A stretch of 64,000 nt of DNA from an uncultured Holophagales bacterium (GTDB lineage Bacteria > Acidobacteriota > Thermoanaerobaculia > Multivoradales > UBA5704): assembly GCA_963842525.1 (NCBI GenBank), contig CAWJGT010000006.1, positions 32,001 through 96,000 of the forward strand. Reading direction: 5' to 3'. The position numbers were made by a program, and so were the translations under genes. The notes under the pieces are model-generated. The model ran no database searches. It was given only the letters and a program-made list of their open reading frames with translations, and was not told the DNA's origin. Shown here in pieces: positions 41,249-51,754 of the stretch. The first letter of the stretch is position 1. Each line of letters begins with the position of its first letter.

Positions 41249-42313
41249 ATGAAGAGGATCGTCCACATCGTGGGCACAGGCACCATCGGTGAGCCGCTGC
41301 TCGGCCTGTTCACCGATTTCCGGGAGAAGATGGGGATCGACGAGGTCACGTTCCACAAGCGGACGCCGTTGGCTTCCGACCGCGCCCGATTACAGCATCT
41401 CATCGATCGCGGAGCCAAGCTCGCCGTGGACGACGATGCCCGCGGCGAGTTCGAGGAGCTCGGGCACCAGGCCAGCTTCGAGGCCCGCGAAGCACTGGAG
41501 CGGGCCACGGTCGTGGTGGACTGCACCCCGGCCGGCAATGAGAACAAGGAGATCTACAAGGATATCAGCGGCCCCAGGGGCTTCCTCGCCCAGGGGAGCG
41601 AGTTCGACTTCGGCAAGCCCTACGCCCGCGGGGTCAACGACGAGACCCTGGTCCCCGGCGAGGACCGGTTCCTCCAGATCGTCTCCTGCAACACCCACAA
41701 CATCACCACGTTGATCAAGACGGTCTGCAATGACGGCGACGGCCAGGAGTACTGCCTGCACAAGGGGACCTTCGTCTGCATGCGGCGGGCGAACGACATC
41801 TCGCAGACCGGCAGCTTTGTGCCGTCGCCCAACGTGGGCAAGCACGACGACCCGGAGTTCGGCACCCACCATGCCCGCGACGCCCATCACGTGTTCAAGA
41901 CGCTGGACAAGGACTTCAACCTCTTCTCCAGCGCGGTCAAGCTGAACACGCAGCTCATGCACTCGATCTGGTTCAGCCTGGAGCTCACCCGGGACACCAC
42001 GGTCGAGGAGGTACGGCAGCGGCTGCGGGAGAATCCGCTGGTGGCGATGACCGACAAACGGTACGCCAACCTGATCTTCAGCTTCGGCCGCGACCACGGC
42101 TACTATGGCCGCATCCTCTCCCAGACGGTGGTGGTACAGCCCACGATCGCGGTGCGCCGCAAGCGGGAGGTCTACGGCTTCTGTTTCACGCCGCAGGACG
42201 GCAACTCGCTGCTGTCGTCGGTGGCCGCGACCCTCTGGCTGATCGATCCCGATCCGGAAAGCGTGCGCACCCGGCTCCAACCGCTCAAGCGCTGGCTGTA
42301 CCGGGAGATTTGA
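41249..42313 (+). CDS. Archaeal-type (class II) GAPDH-like dehydrogenase
   Basis: GTGTIG, VVDCTP, QGSE, IVSCNTH, RRAND, THHARD; these parallel class II GAPDH motifs. Confidence 0.7.
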   Translation: MKRIVHIVGTGTIGEPLLGLFTDFREKMGIDEVTFHKRTPLASDRARLQHLIDRGAKLAVDDDARGEFEELGHQASFEAREALERATVVVDCTPAGNENKEIYKDISGPRGFLAQGSEFDFGKPYARGVNDETLVPGEDRFLQIVSCNTHNITTLIKTVCNDGDGQEYCLHKGTFVCMRRANDISQTGSFVPSPNVGKHDDPEFGTHHARDAHHVFKTLDKDFNLFSSAVKLNTQLMHSIWFSLELTRDTTVEEVRQRLRENPLVAMTDKRYANLIFSFGRDHGYYGRILSQTVVVQPTIAVRRKREVYGFCFTPQDGNSLLSSVAATLWLIDPDPESVRTRLQPLKRWLYREI

Positions 42314-42322
42314 GCCTGAAAG

Positions 42323-42393
42323 CCCTCACCTCCCTGGCCCCCCTCTCCCGCCACCCCTTCCTCCCGCCCCGGGAGAGGGGATGGGGGTGAGGG
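42323..42393. repeat. Family A repeat (intergenic)
   Basis: CCCTCACC...CCCCTCTCCC...GGGAGAGGGG..GGGGGTGAGGG. Confidence 0.8.
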
Positions 42394-42394
42394 T

Positions 42395-43234
42395 ATGCGT
42401 CCCGTCGAGCTCCGGTTCGGGGACCTGCGCATCGAGGGCGGGTCGCGCGCGGGCGACGAGACCTGGCTCCGGGTCCATCCGCCGGGCCTCGCTTTCGACG
42501 TCGGCCGGGGCGCCCTGCAGCTCGCCGGGGCGCAGGACGTCTTCCTCACCCACGGCCATCTGGACCATGCGCTCGGGATCCCCTATGTCCTCTCGCAGCG
42601 CTCGCTCCACCGCCATGCCCACACCCGCGTCTTCTGTCCGGCCGAGGCGGCCGAGCCGCTGGCGCTCCTGATCTCGGCGGCGGAGCGCATGGAACGGGCG
42701 TGCTACCGCTACGACCTGCTGCCGCTCGCGCCGGGCGACCGGATCGAGGTGGGGCGGGACCTCGCAGTGGAAGCGTTCGCGGTGGACCATGTGGTCCCCA
42801 CCCTGGGCTACCACCTCTGGCGCGGCCGGCGGCGCCTGGCCGCCCCCTATGTCGGCCTCCCCGCGGAGGAGCTGATCGCGCTGCGGCAGCGCGGGGTCGA
42901 CACCGCCGAGCTCGTCGAGAAGATCTGGCTGACCTACTGCGGCGACACCGGGCCGGGGGTCTTCGACCTTGAGCCGCGGATCTTCGACAGCCAGGTGCTG
43001 CTCCTCGAGTGCACCTTCCTGGGTGCAGCCCACCAGGGCAAGGGGGACCTCTACAAGCACCTCCACCTCGAGGACATCGCGGCCCGTGCGGAGCGCTTCC
43101 GCAACCGGGCGCTGGTCTTGCACCACCTGTCCCGCCGGCACCGGGTGGCGGAGCTCCGCGCCGAAGTGGCGCGGCGCCTGCCGGAGCAATTGGCCTCGCG
43201 GGTCCATCTGCTGGTCGAGGAGGAGCCGGTTTGA
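42395..43234 (+). CDS. MBL-fold hydrolase, RNase Z-like
   Basis: THGHLDH, HVVPTLGY, YCGDT, LECTF, HLSRR. Confidence 0.8.
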   Translation: MRPVELRFGDLRIEGGSRAGDETWLRVHPPGLAFDVGRGALQLAGAQDVFLTHGHLDHALGIPYVLSQRSLHRHAHTRVFCPAEAAEPLALLISAAERMERACYRYDLLPLAPGDRIEVGRDLAVEAFAVDHVVPTLGYHLWRGRRRLAAPYVGLPAEELIALRQRGVDTAELVEKIWLTYCGDTGPGVFDLEPRIFDSQVLLLECTFLGAAHQGKGDLYKHLHLEDIAARAERFRNRALVLHHLSRRHRVAELRAEVARRLPEQLASRVHLLVEEEPV

Positions 43235-44688
43235 GGGGACATCGGGACGGAGGAGGACGGGGACCCGGCCGGCCGCCGGGCAAGGGAGGGCCGGCGCGAG
43301 CCGGGCGGCCGGCTCGGGGGGACTGGAGAGACCAGGCCCCTCACCCCCCTGGCCCCCCTCTCCCATCCGCCCCCCCATCCTTCGGGAGAGGGGGGAAAGA
43401 GGGCCGGCCGAGGAGCGATCGCGGACCGTCTTCGCTCCCCTCTCCCGGTGGTCAGGGAGGGCGGTTGGGAGAGGGGCCGGGGGTGAGGGGGCCCACCACG
43501 CTCCCGGCGGGTGCGCGGCTGGTGGATGTCGACGAGGCGGTGGTGCGGATCGAGAAGCTGGTCGCCGGCGGCGAGGGGCTGGGGCGGATCGAGGGGGTGC
43601 CGGTCTTCGTGGCCCGCTCGGCGCCGGGCGACCTGGCGCGGATTCGCCTGACCGAGCGCCACCCGGACTATGGCCGGGCCGAGATCGTCGAAGTCCTGGA
43701 GCCCGGCCCGGGCCGCCGCCCCGACCCGTTCCCGGAGCTGAGCCTGGCCGGCGCGTGCGACCTCCAGCACCTCGAAGACGATCTCCAGCCGCGCCTCAAG
43801 GCCGCTGCCGTGCGCGAGACCCTGGAGCACCTGGGCGGCATCCAGCTCGCCGACGACGTCGAGCTGATCACCGGCGAGCCCTGGGGCTACCGCCTGCGCA
43901 CCCAGATCCATACCGAGGTCGACCCGGTGACCCGCGGCGTACGGGTGGGCTATTTCGCCCGCGGCACCCATGACCTGATCCCCCTCGACCGCTGTCCGAT
44001 CCTGGTCCCCGAGCTGGAGGCCCTGCTGCGGGACCTGCCGGCCGCCCTGGGCGACAAGCCGCCCCGGCGCCTCGATCTCGCGGCCGGGGACCCGGGCGGC
44101 GGCGTCTCGGTCGCGCCGATCTTCCCCGGCCTGCCGCACGGCGAGCTGACGCTGACCGTGGGCGATTTCACCTACGCGTACGACGCCCGCTCCTTCTTCC
44201 AGGGGCATCGCGGCCTCCTGCCGCGGCTGGTCGATGCGGTCATCGGGCCGTGGGAGGGGGAGGAGGCGTTCGACCTCTACGCCGGAGCCGGGCTCTTCAG
44301 CATGCCGCTGGCGCGCCGGTACCGCCGGGTGGTGGCGGTCGAGTCCGACACGAACGCGGCGCGCTACGCCCGGATCAATGCCCGGCGCAACAAGCTGACC
44401 AACGTGGAGGTCGTGCCGCAGGTGGTCGAGAGCTGGCTGGGCGAGCTGCCGCGCGGGGTGGACCGGGTAGTCGTCGATCCGCCGCGGGCCGGCCTGTCCC
44501 TGCGGGTCCGGCATGCGCTCCTCGACCGCGCTCCGCGGCGCCTGACCTACGTCTCCTGCCATCCCGCCGCCCTCGCCCGGGACCTCCGGCGGCTCAGCGA
44601 CGCCTACGTCCTGGAGAAGGTCGTGCTGGTCGACCTCTTCCCGCAGACGGGGCACATGGAGACGATCGCGCAGTTGGTGCTGCGGTAA
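43231..44688 (+). CDS. rlmD: TRAM-domain RNA (uracil-5)-methyltransferase, RlmD family
   Basis: TRAM domain, SFFQ, DLYAGAGLF, DPPRAG, YVSC, DLFPQTGHME. In-frame TTG at 43231 with GAGGAGG overlaps the upstream stop; alternative start 43483. Confidence 0.8.
   Translation: MRGHRDGGGRGPGRPPGKGGPARAGRPARGDWRDQAPHPPGPPLPSAPPSFGRGGKEGRPRSDRGPSSLPSPGGQGGRLGEGPGVRGPTTLPAGARLVDVDEAVVRIEKLVAGGEGLGRIEGVPVFVARSAPGDLARIRLTERHPDYGRAEIVEVLEPGPGRRPDPFPELSLAGACDLQHLEDDLQPRLKAAAVRETLEHLGGIQLADDVELITGEPWGYRLRTQIHTEVDPVTRGVRVGYFARGTHDLIPLDRCPILVPELEALLRDLPAALGDKPPRRLDLAAGDPGGGVSVAPIFPGLPHGELTLTVGDFTYAYDARSFFQGHRGLLPRLVDAVIGPWEGEEAFDLYAGAGLFSMPLARRYRRVVAVESDTNAARYARINARRNKLTNVEVVPQVVESWLGELPRGVDRVVVDPPRAGLSLRVRHALLDRAPRRLTYVSCHPAALARDLRRLSDAYVLEKVVLVDLFPQTGHMETIAQLVLR
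43337..43490. repeat. Family A composite inverted pair, in frame with the rlmD N-terminus
   Basis: CCCCTCACCCCCCTGGCCCCCCTCTCCC...GGGAGAGGGGCCGGGGGTGAGGGG. Confidence 0.85.
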
Positions 44689-44702
44689 CATCCACCCGCC
44701 CC

Positions 44703-46460
44703 ATGCCCCGACGTTACGAAACCCTGGCCGAGCCGGCGGCCCGCCCCCTGCGCCCCGCCTCAGCGTTGCGTACGGCATTGCGCCACGGCTACACGCGCCA
44801 GGACCTGCGCTCCGACCTGCTCGCCGGCGTTGTCGTGGGGATCGTCGCCCTGCCGCTCTCGATGGCGCTCGCCGTGGCCTCGGGGGTGCCGCCCCAGTAC
44901 GGGCTCTATACGGCCATCGTGGCCGGGGCGGTGACCGCCGCTCTGGGAGGCTCGATGGTGCAGGTCTCGGGGCCGACCGCGGCGTTCGTCGTCCTGCTCG
45001 CGCCGATCTCGGCCCGCTTCGGGACCGGCGGCCTGGTCGTGGCCACCCTGATGGCGGGGCTCATCCTGGTGCTCATGGGGGCCGTGCGCCTTGGAGGCCT
45101 GATCCAGTTCGTCCCCTATCCCGTCACGACCGGCTTCACCGCCGGCATCGCGGTAGTCATCGCCACTCTCCAGCTCAAGGACTTCCTGGGCCTCCAGGTC
45201 CTGCGGATGCCCGAGCACTACCTCGAGCGCGTCGTCCAGCTCGCCCGGGCACTGCCGACCGTGCAGTGGGACGACCTGGCGATCGGCGTCCTCACGCTCG
45301 CGATCCTCCTGCTCTGGCCCCGGATCACCCGCAAGGTGCCGGCTCCTCTGGTGGCGCTGACCGTTGCCGCCCTGGCCGCGGCCCTCCTCTCCCGGTGGGT
45401 ATCCGGCTTCGAGGTCGACACCATCCGCAGCCGGTTCCGCTACGAGCTGGGCGGGCAGGTCTTCGCCGGCATTCCGCAGCTCCCGCCGCTGCCGGTCCTC
45501 CCCTGGCGCCTGCCGGGGCCGGACGGCGCCCCCCTCGGCCTGTCCTTCGGCCTGTTGCGCGACCTGGCTCCCTCGGCCTTCGCCATCGCCATGCTGGGGG
45601 CGATCGAGTCGCTGCTTTCCGCCGTGGTGGCCGACGGCATGACCGGTGGCTCGCACGATCCGGACGCCGAGCTGGTGGCCCAGGGAATGGGCAACATCGC
45701 CGCCCCGTTCTTCGGCGGCATCGCGGCGACCGGGGCCCTCGCCCGCACGGCCACCAACGTCCGCTCGGGAGCGCGGTCGCCGCTCGCGGCCATCTTCCAT
45801 GCCCTGTTCGTGCTGCTGGCGGTGCTCGCGCTGGCGCCGGTCCTCGGCTGGCTGCCCATGGCCTCGCTTGCCGCCCTGCTCCTGCTGGTGGCCTGGAACA
45901 TGAGCGAGGCCCGGCACTTCGCTCATGCGCTGCGGGTGGCGCCGAAAAGCGACGTGCTGGTGCTGTTGACCTGCTTCGGCCTGACCGTGGTCTTCGATAT
46001 GGTGGTGTCGGTGACCGTGGGGGTGATGCTCGCGGCCCTCCTCTTCATGCGCCGGATGGCCGAGGTCTCGGGCATGCGGCTGGTGGACCAGCATCCGTTG
46101 CTGACCGGGCTGCCCAAGGACGTGCTGGTTTACGAGGTGGCCGGCCCGCTTTTCTTCGGCGCCGCCCAGAAGGCGATGTCGGCGCTCCAGCGCGTGCCCA
46201 CCGGGGTGAGCGTGGTCCTGCTGGACCTGTCCTCGGTGCCGGCCATGGACGCGACCGGCCTGGTCAGCCTGGAGGCCGCGGTCGAGCGCCTGCAGACCAT
46301 GGGGGTGTTCGTAGTGTTGGCCGGCGTGCAGGGTCAGCCAATGCGGGTGCTGGCCCGGTCGGGCATCCACCGCCGGCGCGACAAGATCGCGGTCTTCCGC
46401 TCCATGGAGCGCGCGGTGGCCGCCGCGAGGGCGCGGTCGCGGGTCGCCTCACCGTCCTGA
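44703..46460 (+). CDS. dauA: SulP-family transporter with STAS domain (DauA/YchM-like)
   Basis: DLLAGVVVGIVALPLSMALA, QVSGPTAAF, AIESLLSA, GPLFFGAA. Confidence 0.85.
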   Translation: MPRRYETLAEPAARPLRPASALRTALRHGYTRQDLRSDLLAGVVVGIVALPLSMALAVASGVPPQYGLYTAIVAGAVTAALGGSMVQVSGPTAAFVVLLAPISARFGTGGLVVATLMAGLILVLMGAVRLGGLIQFVPYPVTTGFTAGIAVVIATLQLKDFLGLQVLRMPEHYLERVVQLARALPTVQWDDLAIGVLTLAILLLWPRITRKVPAPLVALTVAALAAALLSRWVSGFEVDTIRSRFRYELGGQVFAGIPQLPPLPVLPWRLPGPDGAPLGLSFGLLRDLAPSAFAIAMLGAIESLLSAVVADGMTGGSHDPDAELVAQGMGNIAAPFFGGIAATGALARTATNVRSGARSPLAAIFHALFVLLAVLALAPVLGWLPMASLAALLLLVAWNMSEARHFAHALRVAPKSDVLVLLTCFGLTVVFDMVVSVTVGVMLAALLFMRRMAEVSGMRLVDQHPLLTGLPKDVLVYEVAGPLFFGAAQKAMSALQRVPTGVSVVLLDLSSVPAMDATGLVSLEAAVERLQTMGVFVVLAGVQGQPMRVLARSGIHRRRDKIAVFRSMERAVAAARARSRVASPS

Positions 46461-46461
46461 T

Positions 46462-46818
46462 CTACGCGGCCTGCCGCCCCTTCTCCAGCGGTCCGTCGAT
46501 CTGGGCCCATTCGGCCATACCGCCGGTCAGCTCGACGATCCGGTGGGCGCCGAGGTGCTGCAAGGCGAGGCTGGCCTCGCGCATGGTCGGGTCTTCGGGC
46601 CGGCCGCTGACGACGAAGAATTCGGTGCGCTCCGTGGTGGGCAGGCCGGCGCCCAGGTCCGCCGCGGTCGCCCGGATCGCCCCCGGGATGTGCCCCCGCT
46701 CGTACTCCTCGCGGGACCGGACGTCGATGACGCGGAACGGGGGGTAGGGAAAACGCAGCCGGCGCCGGAGCTCGGCTGCGTGCGTCTTGAAGATCACTCC
46801 GTCGAAATGCGGGTCCAT
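46462..46818 (-). CDS. Rhodanese-like domain protein
   Basis: VIDVRSREEYERGHIPGA, LTGGMAEW; catalytic Cys not evident; GAGGAGG RBS. Confidence 0.8.
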   Translation of the reverse strand: MDPHFDGVIFKTHAAELRRRLRFPYPPFRVIDVRSREEYERGHIPGAIRATAADLGAGLPTTERTEFFVVSGRPEDPTMREASLALQHLGAHRIVELTGGMAEWAQIDGPLEKGRQAA

Positions 46819-46840
46819 GGCCCCCTCCTCGGGGGCCATG

Positions 46841-47050
46841 CTATCCCAACCGCGCGGCGAGCGGCATGGCCGCTGGCGGCGGGCTCTCCAGGGCCTCGAA
46901 CCCCTGCTGCAGAGCCGCAGTCCGCATCGTGTCCTGGCAGACCTGGCACTGGGCCAGCAGGTGGCGCACGACCTCCGCGTTCTCCGGGCGGGTGAGCTCC
47001 GCCCGCAGGAATTTTTCCATCGTTCTCTGCGAGAAATGGACACTCATCAT
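46841..47050 (-). CDS. Small zf-HC2-like (HxxxxCxxC) protein
   Basis: H...VVRHLLAQCQVC; strong GAGGAGG RBS; 69 aa. Confidence 0.6.
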   Translation of the reverse strand: MMSVHFSQRTMEKFLRAELTRPENAEVVRHLLAQCQVCQDTMRTAALQQGFEALESPPPAAMPLAARLG

Positions 47051-47214
47051 GACAACCTCCTCAGGCGGTCCGGGACCACCCCAACGTCATCCCTCATTAA
47101 TAGAGGTTTCAGTAAGACAGAAAAGTGGGACAAGAAAGTCGCAGATGTTTCCAGAATCCACCTTGGCGATGTCTTCGGCGAGGTCTCCGGCCAGGTCTCC
47201 GGTAGACTGGGACC

Positions 47215-48231
47215 ATGACGACGACCACTCCTGCGACCTCATCCGGACCCCTGCCGCTCGCGGACGCGCTGGAGGATCCGCTGGAAGATCCGCTGGAAGA
47301 TCAATACCGGGCCCTGCGCGAGGGGTGCGGCCTCGTGGACCGCTCCCCGGCCGGGCGGCTGGAGCTCCTCGGCGCGGACCGCCAGCGCTTCCTGAACGCG
47401 TATATCTCCTGTGAGGTCAAGGGTCTCGTCCCCGGCGAGGGGGCCTGCGGCTTCTTCACCAGCGCGCAGGGGCGCATCCTCTCGGACGCCGTGGTGCTGG
47501 TCCTTCCCGACCGCCTCTGGGTGGAGTTGGCGCCGGAGCAGGACGGGCCGATCGCGGAGCATCTGCGGAAATACATCCTCGCCGACCGGGTCGAGGTCCG
47601 CGGTCTCGACGACATGCTGCCCATCAGCCTCGTCGGGCCGCGCGCCGCGGAGGCCCTGGGCGCCGTCGAGGGGCTGCCGGACGGGCCATGGCGGCACGCG
47701 CGGGTCAAGGTGCACGGCACCGAGGTCGAGCTGCAGAGGGGAAGCCGGCCGGCCCTCTGGGCCTATACCCTCTGGGTTTCGGCCTCCATTGCTCCGCACC
47801 TGATCGAGGCGCTGCTGGAGCAGGACGGGGTGCGGCCGGTGGGTCAAGAGGCGCTCGAGATCCTGCGGGCGGAGGAGGGCGTCCCCCGCTTCGGCGTCGA
47901 CTTCGGTCCGGACAACTTCCCGCAGGAGACCGGGATCGAGGAGGCGGTGAGCTACACCAAGGGCTGTTACCTGGGCCAGGAGGTCGTGGCGCGCATCCAC
48001 TACCGGGGAGCGGTCCAGAAGGTCCTGCGGAGGCTGGCGTTCGAGGGAGAGGCGCCGGCGCCTGGCGCGGCGCTCCTCCATGACGGGCGGGAGGCCGGCG
48101 TGGCCACAACCGTGGTGCGCTCGATCGCGTCGGGTCGGCCGATCGGCCTGGGCATCCTGCACCGCCGGGCGGCGAAGCCGGGAACGAGGCTGGAGGTGGC
48201 GGGGGGCGGGACGGCCGAAGTGACCGGCTGA
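47215..48231 (+). CDS. ygfZ: Folate-binding Fe-S repair protein, YgfZ/GcvT family
   Basis: KGCYLGQEVVAR signature. Confidence 0.9.
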   Translation: MTTTTPATSSGPLPLADALEDPLEDPLEDQYRALREGCGLVDRSPAGRLELLGADRQRFLNAYISCEVKGLVPGEGACGFFTSAQGRILSDAVVLVLPDRLWVELAPEQDGPIAEHLRKYILADRVEVRGLDDMLPISLVGPRAAEALGAVEGLPDGPWRHARVKVHGTEVELQRGSRPALWAYTLWVSASIAPHLIEALLEQDGVRPVGQEALEILRAEEGVPRFGVDFGPDNFPQETGIEEAVSYTKGCYLGQEVVARIHYRGAVQKVLRRLAFEGEAPAPGAALLHDGREAGVATTVVRSIASGRPIGLGILHRRAAKPGTRLEVAGGGTAEVTG

Positions 48232-48249
48232 GCCCTCACCCCCTGAGGG

Positions 48250-48639
48250 TTACACTGCGAACGAGGAGCCGCAGCCGCAGGTGCCGCGGGCCTGGGGGTT
48301 GATGAACTTGAACCCCGCGCCGGCCGAGCCGAGGACGTAATCGATGTTGGTCCCCTCGAGATAGCGCGCGCTCACCGCATCGACGTAGATCGTCAGGCCG
48401 CTCTGCTCGTAGATCCAATCGTTGTCCCGCGCCTCGTTCTCGAAATCGAGCGCGTATTCGAAGCCGCTGCAGCCGCCGCCGCGCACCGCGATGCGCAGCC
48501 CGTGGGCGGGGTCGATCCCCTCCTGCTCGCGGGTGATCCTGACCATGTCGACCGCCTTCGGGGTGAGCGTTACCGGGGTATACGGCTCGTCCCCGAGCGC
48601 CGGCGTGGCGAGATTCTGGACCTGCTCTGTGTTCTCCAT
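48250..48639 (-). CDS. A-type Fe-S carrier (IscA/ErpA/HesB)
   Basis: GGGCSGFEY and CGCGSSF motifs. Confidence 0.92.
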   Translation of the reverse strand: MENTEQVQNLATPALGDEPYTPVTLTPKAVDMVRITREQEGIDPAHGLRIAVRGGGCSGFEYALDFENEARDNDWIYEQSGLTIYVDAVSARYLEGTNIDYVLGSAGAGFKFINPQARGTCGCGSSFAV

Positions 48640-48731
48640 ACGGCGGTTTCCTCCTCTTACTTCCAAGGTGCTCAACAAGTACGGCGCGGGACGAATTTCA
48701 TCACAAAGGGGGGATGTATGCTCCCTTTGCA

Positions 48732-51665
48732 ATGAAACAACCGGCGTCGGTCCTGGAGCGGGTGTTCGCGATGCAGATCGAGGCGTTCAACCACCTCGTG
48801 ACACGGCAGCTCCAGGTCCTGGCCGCGCGCGGCGCGGTGTCGCTGCCAGCTCCGGCCCTCGCAGAGCAGCCGGCCCCGCCAACCCTGCCGGTCGCCTCCA
48901 ACCCACCGGCCGCTCCCATCCGACCCCTCTACCCTATCAAGATACCGCTCACCGAGGCGCAGCGCGACCTCTATACCGTGACCCAGCTCGGGGAGGAGGC
49001 CTCGCTCGCCTACCTGGAGCCCGGGGTCCTGGAGCTCCGCGGACCGCTCGATACCGGGCTGCTGCGGCGCTCGATCCAGGCGGTCGTCGACCGGCACGAG
49101 GCGCTGCGCTCGGTTGTGCCTCCCCCGGATCTCGACGAGCTCGTCCAGGTGGTCCTCCCGGAGGTCCGGATCGATGTGCCCATGGTCGATGCGTCCGGGT
49201 GCCCTCCGGAGCGGCGCGAGGAGGTCTCGCAGGACTGGCTGATCGCCGAGAGATTGCGGCCCTTCGACCTCGCCGGGGGTCCTCTGTTTCGCGTCTCCCT
49301 GCTGCGCCTGGGCCCGCAGGTGCACCGGCTCGGGGTCTTCGTCCACCACATCGTCGCCGACGGGCTGTCCGTCGTGATCTTGGTCGGCGACCTCCTGGCC
49401 TTCTACGCGGCGGGGCGCGCCGGGTACCCTGCTGAGCTGCCGCCGCCGATGCAGTTCCGGGAGTATGCCGCCTGGCTGGCGGCCGGCGGCGCCGAGTCTC
49501 CCGGCGACGAGGCGTGGTGGCTGGAGCGCTTCACGAAGCCCCTTCCGGTCTTCGAGCCGCCCGTCGACCGGCCGCGTCCGCCGGTGCGCACCTTCCGCGG
49601 CGCCCGCCGGCGCAGGGTCCTGGACCCGGAGGTCCGCGCCGCGCTCCACCAGCTCGGCCGGCGCCAGGGGGCAACCTTATTCATAGCGCTGCTCGCCGCC
49701 TGGACCGCCGTGCTCCACCGCTGGACCGGGCAGGACGACCTGGTCGTCGGCGGTCCCGCGGCCCGGCGACCTCTGGAAGGAGGAGACCGGCTCGTCGGCC
49801 ACTGCGTCGACCTGGTCCCCTACCGCAGCCGCAGTGATGTCAGCAGTGGGGAGACGACCTTCCTCCAGCACCTGGCCGCGGTGCGCTCGTTCGTCCTCGG
49901 CGCGCACGAGCACGGCGGGTATCCGCTCTCCCGCCTGCTGCGCGCATTGCGGCTGCCCCACGATCCGGCCCGTGCGCCGCTGATCAACGCCGTCTTCAAC
50001 TTCGACGTAGCTGGGGCGGTGGTGGCGATCTCGGGCAAGGAGCGCCGGATGCGTCCCCCCTCTCCCGGCGGGGGGCGGAAGGGAGATGGGAGAGGGGGAC
50101 AGGGGTGAGGACTCCGGCCTCGCCTACATCCTCTACACCTCCGGCTCCACCGGCCGGCCCAAGGGGGTGGCGGTGCCGCATCGGGCCATCGCCCGGCTGG
50201 TGCTGGGCACGGACTACGTCCGCCTGGGGCCGGGCGACCGGGTGGCCCACCTGTCGAACACTGCCTTCGACGCGGCGACGTTCGAGGTCTGGGGAGCCCT
50301 GCTGAATGGGGCGGCCCTGGTGGTGATCCCACGCGAGGTGGTGCTCTCTCCGTCTGCGCTGGCCCAGGAGATGCGACGGCAGCGGATCTCCGCGACCTTC
50401 CTGACCGCGTCGCTGTTCAACGAGGTGGTCCGCGAGGCGCCGGAGGCGCTGGCGGAGGTGCGGTGGCTGCTGGTGGGCGGCGAAGCTCTCACGCCGGGCC
50501 GGGTGCGCGAGGCGCTGACCTGGCGGCGGCCGGGAACGCGCCTGCTCAACGGATACGGCCCGACCGAGAGCACTACGTTCGCCGTGTGTCATCGAATCGA
50601 GTCGGTACCGGAGGGGCGGAGCATCCCCATTGGCCGGCCGATCGCCAACACCCGCGCCTATGTGCTGGACCCGTTGCTGCGGCCGGTCCCGGTCGGCACG
50701 CCGGGCGAGCTGTATCTGGGCGGCGACGGCCTGGCGCGCGGCTACCTGCGCCGGCCGGAGCGGGCCAGCTTGGCGAAGACCCGCCGGTGCTGGAGCTGCC
50801 GACCGACCGGCCACGCCCCTCGGTGCAGAGCTTCCGTGGCGCCTTCCAGGGCTTCCGGCTGCCGCCGGAGCCGTCCGCGGCTCTCGTCTCTCTCGGCCGC
50901 CGCCAGGGCGGGACGTTGTTCACCACCCTGCTCGCGGCCTTCCAGATGGTCCTCCACGGCTTCTCGGGCCAGCCGCGGATCAAGATCGGGACGCCGACCG
51001 CCGGCCGCAACCGGGTCGAGATCGAAGGGTTGATCGGGTTTTTCGTCAACACCCTGGTCCTCTGCGGTGACCTCGGGGGAGACCCCACCGTGCGCGAGGT
51101 GCTGGACCGGGTGCGCGAGGTCACCCTCGGCGCCTTCGATCACCAGGACCTGCCGTTCGAGAAACTGGTCGCTGCCCTCCAGACGACCCGCGACGTGAGC
51201 CGGTCGGCGCTCTTCCAGGCGATGTTCGTGCTCCAGAATGCGGGCCAGGAGAGCCTGGACCTGCCCGGCCTCGCCCTGTCGATCCTGCCCGTGAGGGGCG
51301 AGGGCGTCACCCAGTTCGAGCTGGTCCTGAGCGCGACGGAGACCCCCGAGGGGCTCGTGTTCAGCCTGTCGTACAGCACCGTCCTCTTCGACCCTCCGAC
51401 CGTATCGCGGCTCCTGGTGTGCTTCCGGGACCTGCTGATCGACCTGCCGGGCGACCTCGACCGCCCGCTCTCCGCCCTGGCGCCGCTGCGCGAGGCCGCG
51501 CGGCATCAGGTCCTGGCCGAGCGGCCCGGCGCAGCCAGTAGCGGTCCCTCGGTCGCAGAGAGACGCGGCAGACTCTCCGCGCGCCGCGATCAGCTCTCCG
51601 ACGGGCGGCGCGCTCTGCTCCGGAAGTGGCTGCACGGCCCCGCCGAGGAGGGCAGGGAGGGATGA
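48732..51665 (+). pseudogene. Mosaic, internally deleted NRPS: C domain - partial A domain - partial C domain
   Basis: HHIVADG C domain to ~50030, then a family A repeat. The A fragment runs only from YTSGSTGRPKG to GYLRRPE, then jumps to the second half of a C domain (LELPTDRPRP). No PCP; frame changes at both junctions. Confidence 0.7.
50055..50110. repeat. Family A repeat at an NRPS deletion junction
   Basis: CCCCTCTCCCGGCGGGGGGCGGAAGGGAGATGGGAGAGGGG, identical to the reverse complement of the 14.3 kb copy. Confidence 0.85.
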
Positions 51666-51754
51666 AAAGGAACCCTTGCGCGGATTACACCTCTATACGG
51701 AGCCCCGGATATGGGGCTTGATACACTTGTCGATCCCTGAAGGAGCCTGACGCA

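Noticed and set aside
47268-47303. 12-bp tandem repeat encoding LEDP x3 in ygfZ
   Set aside because: A short slippage repeat in a variable N-terminus; no evident significance.
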